A stretch of 63,387 bases of DNA, the filler included, from Kipferlia bialata (lineage: Eukaryota), in NCBI GenBank assembly GCA_003568945.1. It is 5 parts of 5 records of this genome, joined end to end, with 100 filler letters (N's around TTAATTAATTAA, not from the genome) between each part and the next. Parts side by side here need not be neighbours in the genome. Positions count along the whole stretch, not along the records: positions 50,798 to 63,387 come from BDIP01001063.1; 4 more parts are not named here. The stretch is one strand, 5' to 3'. The position numbers and the translations under genes are program-made. Below are positions 51,028 to 63,387 of this stretch, one piece after another. The first letter of the stretch is position 1. The number at the start of each line of letters is the position of its first letter. The notes beneath the pieces were generated by a model. It saw nothing but the letters and a program-made list of their open reading frames with translations. It ran no database searches and was not told the origin of the DNA.

Positions 51028-53379
51028 GACAGAGAGCGCGAGTTTGGTGTGAGCATCTCACTCCATGACTTCATCCAGGGCGATGCAAAGGTATCAGTCT
51101 CCCTCTCTCTCACTAGATATGCATATATTTATATATATACTTATATCTTGACTCCATGGTTTCATCCAGGGTGATGCAAAGGTATCAGTCCCTCTCTATC
51201 TCTCTCTATCTCTCTCTTTCTCCACCATGGTCCCCCCTCTCTCCCAGTCTCTCTCTTTTCTTCTCTCCACTTTCTCCCTTCTCAATGCGCCACTTTCTAT
51301 CTCCAGTGTCTATATATTCCAGAGGTCTAGCAGAGCCTGCACAGGAGCTAATCGCCACATCCTCTCTCTCTCTCCCCCCCCCCTTCCAGTCTCTCTCTCT
51401 TACTCCCCTCTTCCCTCATTATCAGAATGGCATCACTAGGTCTGCCTGCCCTGAGCTGACATCCACAGATGAACAGGGGGCAGTGCTCATACGGTATCAT
51501 CAGGCACATAACGCAGGTATGGTCTACATATAGTATATGTGTATATGTGTGTGTATTGTATAAATGTATCCACAAGTGAACAGGGGGCAGTGCTGATAAG
51601 ATACCACCAGGCACATAACGCAGGTACACACTCTACTTATATGGAACTCATATACACTACTATATCTATATATACTACTATTATTCATTCATTCGTGCTG
51701 ATTTGATACCACAGTACACACAATACAGGTACATTGAGGACAAGCGTATATATCATCTCTCTCTCCCCCCGCCCCCCACCCTACCCCAGCGTGTATCCTA
51801 TAGCCCTGTACTTTGTCATCTCAATATTCATCCCCGACTCTCTCTCTCTCTTTCAGTCTCTCCCTCGATGTTAACCCTATGCCTCGTCTACTACTTCCTG
51901 ACCAGACTTACTCTCTCTCTCTCTCTCCCTCTCTTTGGGTCTCTCTCTGTCCCCCACTCTCTATTAGCCCAAGGCCTAGCTTATCATATATACATATTCC
52001 CTGACCAGACACTCTTTCTCTCTCTCTCTCTCTCTCTATTAACTGTAGGCCTAGCCCTCATCATCTCCTACTTCCTGACGAGGTTGGTTGCCAGGGCAGA
52101 CATAGAAGACCAGAGACTGCTGTTGATAGTGTCCAAGGTGTAATCAGTATCCATATGTAGTGTATAGTGTGTATGATATGATTCTATTGTATGTACTATA
52201 TATATCTCTGTCAATAATATTAACATGTATGTAGCACTACTAACCCTCTTGATCCCCAGGGTGACATGGACAAGGACAGTGTGTTCCAGTCCCCTGAGTT
52301 CATACATCATCCGTATATATATATTCTATAGTCTAGTGTATACATATATGTATATATATATATATATAGTATTTTCCTTATATCTAGGGCGATATGGACA
52401 AGGACAGTGTGTTCCAGTCCCCTGAGTTCAGAAGGCTGCCCCCTGCCTTGGCAGACAGAGTGGCAGTATTAGTGATTGAGAGTTTAGACCAGTTGAGGTA
52501 TGTATATATATATGTATATAGATATATATATATATATATATGTACAAATACTTATCCATCTGCCTTTGCAGACAGAGTGGCAGTATTAGTGGAGAGTCTG
52601 GATCAGCTGAGGTAGTATTATATATTCACAGGGCATCTATTGTGGCAGAGCATCTCTCTCTCCCGTACAGACACATAATCCCAGGGCATCATTAGTGGCA
52701 GAGTGGAGACAGAGGCCATCTGTAGTGGGTGTACTCAATGTCCCATCCTTGTATGAGGACTGTAGACCATCTGCTGTGCCAGCCGCAGTGCTCAGCTCAC
52801 TCTCACTCCTCATGAATAGGGCCCCAGGTAACTAGTAGTCCAAGTCACACTATCTGTCTCTATATACATTTAAGAATACCTGTTCTTGTTACACTGTCTA
52901 ACCTCTCAGGCCCCACCTTCCTCTCCATGCCCATGGACACCCAGTTACATACTATGTGTTCTCTCTCAATATGTATTATGTAAAGTATTGAATTATATTG
53001 ATCCATATTCCCCCCTCTTATCTCAGGCCCCACCTTCCTCTCCATGCCCATGGACACCCAGTGGCCAAGTGACGCCTCACAGATGGTATGGTGTCTATGT
53101 TATCACAGAGATATATATTTAGATCTACCCATTTGTCCCCCACCTCTCTGTCATATACTATATATATTCTCTCTCACACAATTTTTTTTTTTTGCCTTTT
53201 CGTCTTACAAGAGTTTTTATGTGGTATACGAATGTGCTGTTACCCTAACCCTCCAGATCCTCCACCTCTGCCATGTATCTCTCCGTGTCTCTCTTTCTCA
53301 CTCCCTCTCTCTCTCTATTCCTATGTAGCATTTGTCCTTAACCATAAGGTCCTCCACCTCTGCTCTGCCACTCCGCATG

Positions 53380-53380
<1 letters not shown>
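51028..53380 (+). CDS. Multi-exon hypothetical protein fragment (tentative alpha/beta fold; weak likeness to SWSAP1-type RecA-fold proteins)
   Basis: In-frame exons EFGVSISLHDFIQGDAK|SACPELTSTDEQGAVLIRYHQAHNA|GLALIISYFLTRLVARADIEDQRLLLIVSK|GDMDKDSVFQSPEFRRLPPALADRVAVLVIESLDQLR|ASLVAEWRQRPSVVGVLNVPSLY... Coding status is good; the family guess is weak. Confidence 0.55.
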
Positions 53381-53432
<52 letters not shown>

Positions 53433-53444
53433 TAATCCCTACCT

Positions 53445-54765
53445 CTCTCTTGAGAGCCCCTGTTGTCTCGTGGAAGCATGACTGACAGATAGGGACAGAG
53501 AGGGAGCCTGACTCAAGGATGCCTAGAGTTAAGGGTGTAGAGGGAGAGAGAGAGAGAGAGAGAGACTGGCTGATGGGGACAGATGTATAAATACTATTAC
53601 TGGTACCTAATACCCTGCCGACCTTCTCGTCTGCTATCGGGGCATCGGGGAACAGATCAATGATGGACTGTCTGCAGTGAGAGTCATACTATGTATATAT
53701 GTATATATATATATATACGTGTATATCTATCTATATACACATGTCTAGAGGGGAATCGGGGAAGAGATCGATGATGGACTGTCTAGGGTGAAAGGATAAA
53801 TATACGTATTTAAATGAACGTGTGTTGGTGGTCGACGATGCTCTGCGTATGCATTAGACAGTCATCCTATTATACACAATGCATATACCATTGTATATGC
53901 ATCTACATACCTCATGCCCTCCACTCCCTCTCATTCGTGGGTGTCTTCTCTCTCTCTCTCTCTCTCTCTCCCCATATATACATATGTATGTGTGTGAATA
54001 TAACCATATACCTCATGCCCTCCACCCCCTCTGCCTCGTGTGTGTCTGCACCTCCATCCAGGAAGTTGGGGGGTAGCTGATCCAGGCCTGATATTACATG
54101 TACAGACCGAGAATGACATACAGTAAGAGAGATATATATATAGAGAGAGAGGGAGAGAGACTGACATTAGTGGCATTTCGCGAGATAGGAACCCAATTCT
54201 TGAGAATCCACATTGTATATAGAATCACAAATTGAAATACATATGCATATCAAGGGAGAGACATGGCTCATGATATATATAAGGAATGAATAGACAGAGA
54301 AAGAGATAGGGAGGGGGAGAGTACCTTCGTAGTCGAATGTGTATGGCTGGAGAGCCTGGCCATCGTCAAAGAAGTCCTTGAGACCTGGGAATAAGGGTGT
54401 AGAGAGAGAGAGAGAGAAGGAGACAGTGCCAGCTGCACCATTGCATGGGGGCACCATTGTATTGTGGGGACTAGAGTGAACATATCCAAATATACACCTA
54501 CCTACCGAGGGACATGTTGGATATACACGTATACATCTATATATTGTATGTCTATAGAATATACTTGTGTACCTAATGGCTTGTTGCATCTTCGCCTTAG
54601 GGTATATATGCATATCATCGTTATTCTCCATCAGTATCAGTGTCAGTATCTATATCGGTATCTATATCAGTTCTATACATATGTACCTAAGGGCATGTTG
54701 CATATGCCACACACGAACAGAGTGGGGCTGCTATCCATGGACAGACCAAGGCTGACATAAGGGGG

Positions 54766-54802
<37 letters not shown>

Positions 54803-55211
54803 ACAAGCGATCCATGAGGAGGAAAGAGAGGGAGTACCAGAGAACTTCTGAGGTAGAAAGAGAGACACAAATCTGTGGGACTGGACATATACAGAGGGAA
54901 TAGAGAGAGACAGAGAGAGGGAGATAGAGAGTAAGAGACTGGGGTATAGTTCATGTCCTACAGTGTACCCATGGAACATTCAGGTATGTATCTAGTGTGC
55001 TTCTACACCCATCGCTTCTCTGAGTATCTCTCTCCATATATATGCCATTCGTCCACGCTCCCGTCCACATATGGTACTCTATCCAATATGGGTATACACT
55101 CAATAGCCTATAAAGCACTCAATGAATATGTATATCCACATCCACAACACTAAAGTACCTGTCCATGCTGCATGTGCTCTGGTGTGACCGATGGCCATAC
55201 CCACCAGACAT
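53445..55211 (-). CDS. Beclin-1/Atg6/Vps30-like protein, N-terminal part
   Basis: Spliced: MSGGYGHRSHQSTCSMD|SLGLSMDSSPTLFVCGICNMPL|GLKDFFDD..|..|QSIIDLFPDAPIADEKVGRVL|GILESGSLSVPICQSCFHETTGALKRE. FxCxxCxxPL followed later by P[LI]CxxC just before a coiled coil is the Beclin N-terminal arrangement. BARA domain not visible. Confidence 0.55.
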
Positions 55212-55213
55212 GG

Positions 55214-55246
<33 letters not shown>

Positions 55247-56584
55247 AACACTTCTACTCTCTCTTCCCCTCTCTTAGAGTCTCAGCGTCTCAGTCAATTC
55301 AAGGACCTCTAAACTACCCCAGGTAGATCCACTGAGTGAGCCTAGAGATGCACAGTCCCCACTACTTGATGAGGCTGGTTAAGAGAGAAGTACAGTGTGA
55401 GAATGAAGTCGATCAGCAACAGACGTTTCAGCGTATGAACTCTTGACAGGTTTTCCCTCTCAATATCATTGAGTTCTCACTCTCTGATACTCTTTCCTCT
55501 CTCTTCACACTCCCGATACCCCCAATCACTCAAGGTCGGGTACTTTAGGGCGTTCTGCCTCACAGGTATTTAATGGTGCACATGTATGGGTAGTGAGTGC
55601 AGGAGACTCATGCGTACATCTAGTTACATACGTATACAATGGTACCAAGTTGTGGTATAGAGAGGGGTGGGGGTGATTAGTGTAGTCAACCCTCCTCTAG
55701 CATTGTATACCTCTTAGACTTAACACTCCCTATTGTTAGGTACTGTGTATAACACGGCTGGTTTGATGGTGATGTGTTGATATGTCGGTACCGGTACCGG
55801 TACTGTTTCAGTACATGTAGTTTCTATTTGTCTCCTCTACACATATACACACTCTCCAAGGTCTGAAAATATCCCTATGTCAGCATTCCAGTGTATTTTA
55901 CCAGTATATGTACTGTGGAGGCTGTATGCGTATGTACCCATATTGGTACCGCTGGTACTAGCAGTCATCACATAGTAGTACCCACTACTCTGTTTTGTTT
56001 CCATTTGTCCTCTCCCTCTCCCTCTCCCACCCTCCCTCTTTGGACTCTCTTTCCCCCTGTTCCCATCCTTGTTCTCATTCAGTATCCACTTCTCTTTTCT
56101 CTGTCACTGTCTCTCCCTCCCTCTCTCTCTCTCTCTCCCTCTCTCCCTCTCTCTGAGTATATATATGAATGACGTCTCTCTCTTTTCTCACCCAGTGTCT
56201 ATGGATCTGTCTCTCTATCCCTCCCTTCTCTCTCTCCCTCTCAGCATATTCTATGTATTCTCTCTCTTCCTCACCCCCAGTGTCTATGGGTCTCTTGTCT
56301 CTATCCCCTTAGCTCCCTCTCAGAATATACTGCTGTCTGATGTATATTGATGTCTCTCTTCCTCACCCCCAGTGTCTATGGGTCTGTTCTCATACTCTCT
56401 CTCTCTCTCTCTCTCTTCATAAATATGAGTGTGTTTCTATACCCATATATATCAGTCTCTCTTCTCACCCCCAGTGTCGATGGGTCTGTTCTCATACTCT
56501 CTCTCTCTCTCTCCCCCTTCATACATATGAGTATGTTTCTAAACCCATATATGAATATAGCTGTCTCTTTCTCACCCCCAGTCT

Positions 56585-58909
56585 ATGGGTCTGTTCTCAT
56601 GCTGCACAAAGGGGGACACAGGTATAATTGATATTTAGGTTTACATATATATATATATCATGTGATGTATAATGTGTGAGTATAGTGTATGTATAGTGTA
56701 GATGCATATTCTCATGCTGCACAAAGGGGGAGACAGGTATAGATGTATCACAGTTATATAGTATGTATGTATATTGTATGTACGCAATATATATTTTTAA
56801 AGAAGGAACTATTAGAATAGTATATGTAAGGTACATTCTTATAATAGTACTACTCTATCTGTTTGTATGTGTCTATCTGTTTGAATCTCTCTGATTATCT
56901 CACTCTCTTACCACCAGGCCGTGCCCCCCTGGCAGAGTATATACATGCATTATACATATCTATCTATATACTAATTGGTCCTACATAGTATGTGAATCAT
57001 TGTGTCTCACCCCTAGGCCGTGCCCCCCTGGCACATGACACAGAGACAGGAGGTACATAGTATACATACCCTTGAGTATATGTAGTAGTGTATGGTGGAT
57101 AGTTACAGTGTATATCTATTAACCACTGGCACATGACACAGAGACAGGAGGTACATACACACTCACACACACACACATATATATATGAATATGGTATATA
57201 GTATAGTGTATATCTATTAACCACTGGCACANNNNNNNNNTGAATATGGTATATAGTATAGTGTATATCTATTAACCACTGGCACATGACACAGAGACAG
57301 GAGGTGGGGGATAGTATAGATAGATGATTGTATACGTGTATATATGTATATATTTAGTAGTACTATATATTCTCTATGTGTATATACCCCTGGCACATGA
57401 CACAGAGTCAGGAGGTGGGGGATAGTATATATTGTGTATATATATTTGTAGTAATTTCATTGTGTATATGCCCCCCCTGGCAGATTACACAGAGTCAGGA
57501 GGTAGGAGATATACTATGTATGTTTCACTCTTACATACACATTTTTATATGGCGGAAGTTGGAGTGTACTTCATATAGTACCAGACATGTGGCCATACAT
57601 ATTAGTCACTCTCATTCTCTCTCTCTCTCCCCTTACCCTACACATACTCCCTCTAGAGATTATAATCTATCTCTCTATCTCTCTCTGTGTCTACATCTAT
57701 ATATACAGTTTTTATACACACATGTGTATCTATACCCCTTTACCCTAGACATGCTGCCCCTAGAGATTATGGTCTCTCTCTCTCTCTCTGTATCTCTCTC
57801 TCTATATATATCTATAAATGTGTGTATATATATGTACATCCCTCTTACCCTAGACATGCTCCCCCTGGAGGTTGAGGGTCAGGGTGAGGGCCAGACACAG
57901 ACATGGGATGAGGGAGGTATGTATACATATTTACATAAATATATAGATATATGCATATGTATCACTTAGATTATCCCTTACTGTAGGTGAGATACAGACA
58001 TGGGATGAGGGAGGTATATATAGATATATGCATATATATGTATATACATCAGTTAGATAGACCCTTACTGTAGGCCAGACCTCTGCATGGGATGAGGGTG
58101 TGACCCCATTACCCATGTCACCCAGGACACCGGACATGGGGGCATATAGCACAGGTATTATATACTATTTACACACTCATATGTATGTATGTATACACTT
58201 ATATAGATATACATGTATAGACCGGACGTGTGTGCATACAGCACAGGCACTTCTATTACTCTCTACCCATCACCGTATCTTTTGCTAATTGAGTATATTG
58301 GTAATATTGATTATATATATAGTGTTTTTACGCGGCCTCCTCAATTGCGGGGTATTGGAGACACTGTCCCTACATTGTTGTTCCATTATATTACTCCAGC
58401 CCCTCAGATATCGATTGTTCAGCCAGTAGTAGTGGCCGGAGGCATAGACCCTGTATCATAATGTATTTACTATATATTCTATATATCCTATTCTTTGATA
58501 TCTCACCCTAGCCCCTCAAGTCACCCAGTCTGCCATGGCCAGAGGCATACCCTCTGCACCATAGTACATTATACCATATGTATACTAATACAACTATATA
58601 CCTATTCTCTCTTTTGTATCTCACTCTAGCCCCTCAAATCCCCCCTCACCCTGTCCTGGCCAGAGGCATACCCTCTGTACCCTTCCCACCCACATTCGAC
58701 TCCATCTGTGGGTCAGACTTCAGGTATATGTGATAGTGCTCTCTTTCTCTCTCTCTCTACATCCTTTATTTGGAGCGTGTGTTCCCTCTATGTATGTCCT
58801 TTTCTCTCTCTCTCCTCACCTCAGTGTACCACCCTTGCCCTTGACACTGTTGAGCCACATAGGTACATGGTAATATATACACCCACATGTATATATGTTA
58901 CTTGATTTA

Positions 58910-58942
<33 letters not shown>

Positions 58943-60169
58943 CTGAGTGATGTAGTATATGTGCAGTATATATGAAGTATGCATGTCTCACCATAGGCGC
59001 CCAGTGGCAGTCCTTCCCCTTCCCTTCTCTCCCTCCCTCTTCCCCCGGAGAAATGGAGACACTTAGGTGTCGCTCCCCATATCTCGCGGGTATCCTCTCT
59101 CTCGACCCCAGTGCCCTGAGATCTCTGCTATGCAGTGATATTAAGGGTGTAGAGGGAGAGAGTGTATGCAGTGATATTAAGGGTGTAGAGGGAGAGAGAG
59201 TGTTCCTCCTGCATGACAGGGGCCAGAGGGTGCCAGTATCAGTGGACACTATGCTACCAGGTAGTGGGTGTAGCATGTATATATAGATATATATATAGTA
59301 TATATGTATGTATGTAGATCATATATATCCATGTGTTTGTCTCACCCCCAGTGGACTCAGATAGGATGCCCTTCCTCTTTAGGGGTGTAGAGGGAGAGGG
59401 AGAGACTGACTACTTCCTGCCTTTCCTCCTCAAGGCTTTAGGTATGCGTATGGGTGGCATTTATGTACATTCAGAGTAACGTATAGTTTTGTAAGTTCGT
59501 GTGAGTATTCTTACTAACTCAGTCGTGCACCATGGGTCCTGTGCCGCGTAGGTATACACTACATAAACATACAAGGAAATCACATGTCTCACTCCCCAGC
59601 CGTACACTATGGGTCCTATGCCGCTGTGTACCATGCCCCGGTGGAGACACTGCTCTATACTCTGTACGTATACTCATATATTACTGTATATACATTTGTA
59701 TGCATTCACCTGTACTATTTATGTATGTTTTTGTATATATGCTCATTATACTGTCTCAGCATGCCTCGATGGATACTGCTATACACTATATATTCCCATA
59801 TTATTATTATCGTTTGCACCGCTTAACCTCCAGGTATGGCTGTGTGTCCCTGTCCCTGTCACTCCTTCCTGGCATCACGAGGTAGTGTATATATATATAG
59901 TATCTATAGTATCTATAGTATATAGATAGTGCATGTATATATCCATTTGTCCGTGTGTCCCTGCCCCTGTCACTGTTACCTGGCATCACCCTTGATCAAT
60001 ATATATAATATATAATATATATTAATAAGAATTAGTAATTAATTAATCAATTCAATAATGAAAATTTCCCTCGCTTCTCTCCATCATACACCCATCTCTC
60101 CCATATCCCCTTCTACACCCTTATACCAGACAGGCTGCTGTCCCAGGTTGAGGCATATGCCATAGCTTA

Positions 60170-60211
<42 letters not shown>

Positions 60212-60295
60212 CTCTCTTATACCAGACAGACTGCTGTCCCGGGTGGGCGTGAGGTCCCATCTCTCTCTCTATATATATAATGAGACACATATATA

Positions 60296-60332
<37 letters not shown>

Positions 60333-63200
60333 CACCCTTATACCAGACAGACTGCTGTCCCAGGTGGGCGTGAGGTCCCATCTAGTCCAGAGTCTCTCTC
60401 TCACTCTCCCTCTCACCCTACCTCTTTCCAAGACAGCCGGCGTGGCAAGGGACACCGGGAGAGAGAGAGAGTCCTCGGACAGTTGGACACACAAGGTATC
60501 AATGCTAAGTGTGTCCAGATAATTTACGACTTTATGAAAGTCACTATATGACTTTATAGAAGTCACTTTTACCAGTTACCATGTATTGAGCGATGTTTAG
60601 TGTGTCCGTATAGTCTAACCCAGCTCTCGTGAGGGTGTAGTATATATATACATATACAGTGGATTATTATTATATCCATATATAGTTATATATAATACTT
60701 GTCCTCTCCACCCCTAATACCCCCAGGTCTGGTGAGGGTATATTGTGTATATATACCTCATGGTGGTTTACGTGTATATACATCAATAGTGATGCTTTGT
60801 TGTTTACGTGTTTACCGTGCCTATAGATATATAGTATCCTCTACCCCAGGTCTGGTGAGGGTGTTGAGAGAGCACACAACCGGAAAGGCCACACGCTCTT
60901 TGGAGGGGGAGGAAGAGAGAGAGATGGACACTCTCCCCACCAGGAAGGGGTGTCTATTATACACGGAGGCTGAGGTGGGTGTGCATAGGTATATATTGAC
61001 ATTAATGTGTATATGTATTAGTATACCCTACATATACATATATATACCCACCAGGAAGGGTTGTCTGTTGTACACAGAGGCAGAGGTAATGGTAGTGTAT
61101 ATATAGGGAGAGATAGAGAGAGAGAGAGAGAGAGAGATCGTTACTGTTGTGCACTGAGCCAAGAGTATAGTGATTATGTGTATCCATACAAACCGATATA
61201 CACTTGTAAACCCTCATCCTCACCTTATCAGATCCACATCCGTGCTGGCGAGTGTCTGACTGAGTGTCCAGCATACATGGCACACGGGGTCACATTGCAA
61301 GCAGGTATTATATAGTGTGAGTATATGTTCTATCTAGGGAGGTTTTGTAACATGTGGAGTATATATAGTATATGAATATTAATTATCTGATGTGTCCGAC
61401 TGAGTGTCCAGCATACATGGAGCACGGGGTCACATTGCAAGCAGGTATACAAAATATATATATTGTATATATAGTGTATATTTAATACTCCATACTCCAC
61501 ATTGTGGTCTGATACCAGGCACCGTTGTGCCCGTACGTGCAGTCCGTAACTGTATTAAGTATACTATACTATATATATTTATGTAACTATATGGTGTGTT
61601 ATTATAGTAGTGTCTGATACCAGGCACCGTAGTGCCCGTACGTGCAGTCCGTGCAGTGTATGACGAACAGGCGGTAGAGGGTACAGAGGGAGATGATGAT
61701 CACCTCCTATTTGATCTTGAGGTGAGGCATTATCTGTCTCTCTCTCTCTCTCCCTCTAGACCCTTAATACCAGGTCCCTTATGGCCTTGTCTCTGTGTCT
61801 CCCCCCCTTTGCCACAGACTCTTTGGCGCATGCTTCACCCTGGAGTACCTCTCTCCCTCTCTCTCTGCCTCTGCACCGTATGGAGTGAGTATGGAGACAT
61901 GTATAGCGCCCCTTGTATCTAAGAGAAGAGAGAGAGAGAAAGAGGGTATAGTGTCAAGAGGCAGTCTTAGTGGTGAAGGAGAGAGGGAGAGAGAGAGAGA
62001 GGGCCGGTCTGTCGAGGTGGCCACAGTCATGATGGCACAGCCAGGTGATGATAACTATACTATACTATATATGTATTTATATACATGGAGAGAGAGAGAG
62101 CATGTTGCCACAGTCATGATGGCACAGCCGGGTGTGTTGTATAGTTATATGATATATATATTGTATATATATAGAGAGAGAGAGAGAAAAATGTTTCTCT
62201 TTGTATACATATACATTATATATTATATGGCCACAGTCATGATGGTACAGCCAGGTATATATATATATGAAAATTTATACTGATATACTGATATCTGTGT
62301 GGGAGCCAATCTCACCCCCAGGCCAGCTAGCCGTGTCTCTCTTCTCCGACCCCACCCAGACACCCTGTCTGTCAAGGCTCAGGCTGAGGTATATATATAT
62401 ATAGTGTATATATAGTTAATATAGTATCTATAGAACTTACAATGTAATATTCTATGTATACTATTATATATTATAATTGTATATAGTATAGTGTACCACT
62501 CAGACACCGTGTCTGTCAAGGCTCAGGCTGAGGTATGGATGGTATGTGTATATGCACAATCTGTGTATATGCACAATCTGTGTATATCCACAATCTGTGT
62601 ATATCCACAATCTGTGTATATCCACAATCTGTGTATATGCACAATCTGTGTATATACTACTATAATATATATAATATAGTAATAATATAATAATTATATA
62701 ATAATATATATTAATCTGACCCCCAGGGGCTCCCACTTTGTGCACTCCCTCAGTGAGGACAGGAAGTATGTCAGGTATGCATATGCTTATATATTTATGT
62801 ATCCCAAATAGACTATGATATGATGTGTTCATATAATAGTTTTTATCTACCAGACAGGAAGTATATCAGGTATAGTAATGACAATACTACTACTACAATA
62901 TTCTGCCATTATTCAACTACTGGTAACTGTTCACTCCCGGAGGAACAGGAAGTGTGTCGTATATATATATATTACATACTTAAGTATGTGTATGACTGTA
63001 TCTATGCTGACCCCAGGTCCCCTGACCTGCACCTATACCCATATACATATATATATACCCATATATATATGTGCGTGTGTATATATCAATACATACGTGT
63101 ATATATACGTAACTATATATAATATATATACTGACCCCAGGTCCCCTGACCTGCACCTGAGCCTGGACGTGCCAGATCCATATGTGAGTGTGTATAGTAT
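56585..63200 (+). CDS. Calpain-like (peptidase C2 fold) pseudoprotease with N-terminal MGLFSCC acylation motif; 3' truncated
   Basis: Spliced: MGLFSCCTKGDTG.., PFPPTFDSI, GAQWQS, METLRCRSPYLAGILSL, VFLLHDRGQRVPVSVDTMLP|VDSDRMPFLFR..DYFLPFLLKAL|AVHYGSYAAVYHAPVETLLYTL|YGCVS, TLQAGTVVPVRAV, LLFDLE|VPYG. Collinear with calpain FPP..SL, W.RP, QG.LGDCW.LAA, V.VDD.LP, W..LLEKAYAKL.GSYEAL, GHAYSV, RNPWG. Confidence 0.75.
62554..62655 (+). repeat. Intronic minisatellite, 6 x 17 nt (SCACAATCTGTGTATAT)
   Basis: Six direct copies differing only at the first base. Confidence 0.92.
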
Positions 63201-63332
63201 ATAGATAATAGTATATAATGTATCTGTATATATATATATACATTTGTATATATATCATGTCTGCACCTGTGCCTAGACGTGCCAGATGCATATGTGAATG
63301 CATACTGTATAGATACTATACAAATATATGAC

Positions 63333-63387
<55 letters not shown>

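Noticed and set aside
55787..55803. GGTACC-GGTACC palindromic hexamer runs (also 26971)
   Set aside because: Too short and sparse to distinguish from simple slippage repeats.
56187..56584. 2-nt shift of the acceptor between decoys (CAG|TGTCTATG) and the used exon (CAG|TCTATG), suggesting intron sliding
   Set aside because: The difference lies before the inferred ATG at 56585, i.e. in the 5' UTR, so it says nothing about coding-phase sliding.
38107..63387. Numerous track ORFs rich in YIYI, LSLS or ERER
   Set aside because: Translations of (TA)n, (CT)n and (GA)n intron microsatellites.
1..63387. Alternative genetic code (TAA/TAG read-through as in hexamitid diplomonads)
   Set aside because: Recognised genes end in TAG, TAA or TGA at expected positions (transketolase TAG, eIF6 TAA) and apparent internal stops resolve as introns.

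Overview
The window is five unlinked eukaryotic contigs (1-12606, 12707-25309, 25410-38006, 38107-50697, 50798-63387), sorted by length and joined by artificial 100-nt N-TTAATTAATTAA-N spacers, so neighbourhood across spacers means nothing. The DNA is from an intron-rich protist with short GT-AG introns whose branch point is fused to the 3' splice site. The style resembles the free-living fornicate Kipferlia; this is my inference and is unverified. Most ORF-track entries are spurious, so genes were rebuilt by hand from splice signals. They include an eIF4A-like pseudo-helicase, a type II membrane collagen-repeat protein, three Kelch-like proteins, a CK2-alpha-like kinase, a Vps39-like protein, eIF6, tRNA-Ala(CGC), a zf-UBP+PH protein, G-protein beta, a HAD IIA hydrolase, a DUF1963-like protein, transketolase, a Beclin/Atg6-like protein and an acylated pseudo-calpain. 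The strongest unexplained signal lies in the microsatellite-rich genes (27-31 kb and 38-63 kb). Most exons there are flanked by stacked half-exon copies: acceptor+5' half upstream, 3' half+donor downstream. Many of these copies differ from the real exon almost only at synonymous sites, including AGY/TCN serine switches, although they cannot be spliced in as exons. A stereotyped ~30-nt 3' splice-site cassette also recurs in unrelated introns and is found antisense inside a coding exon.
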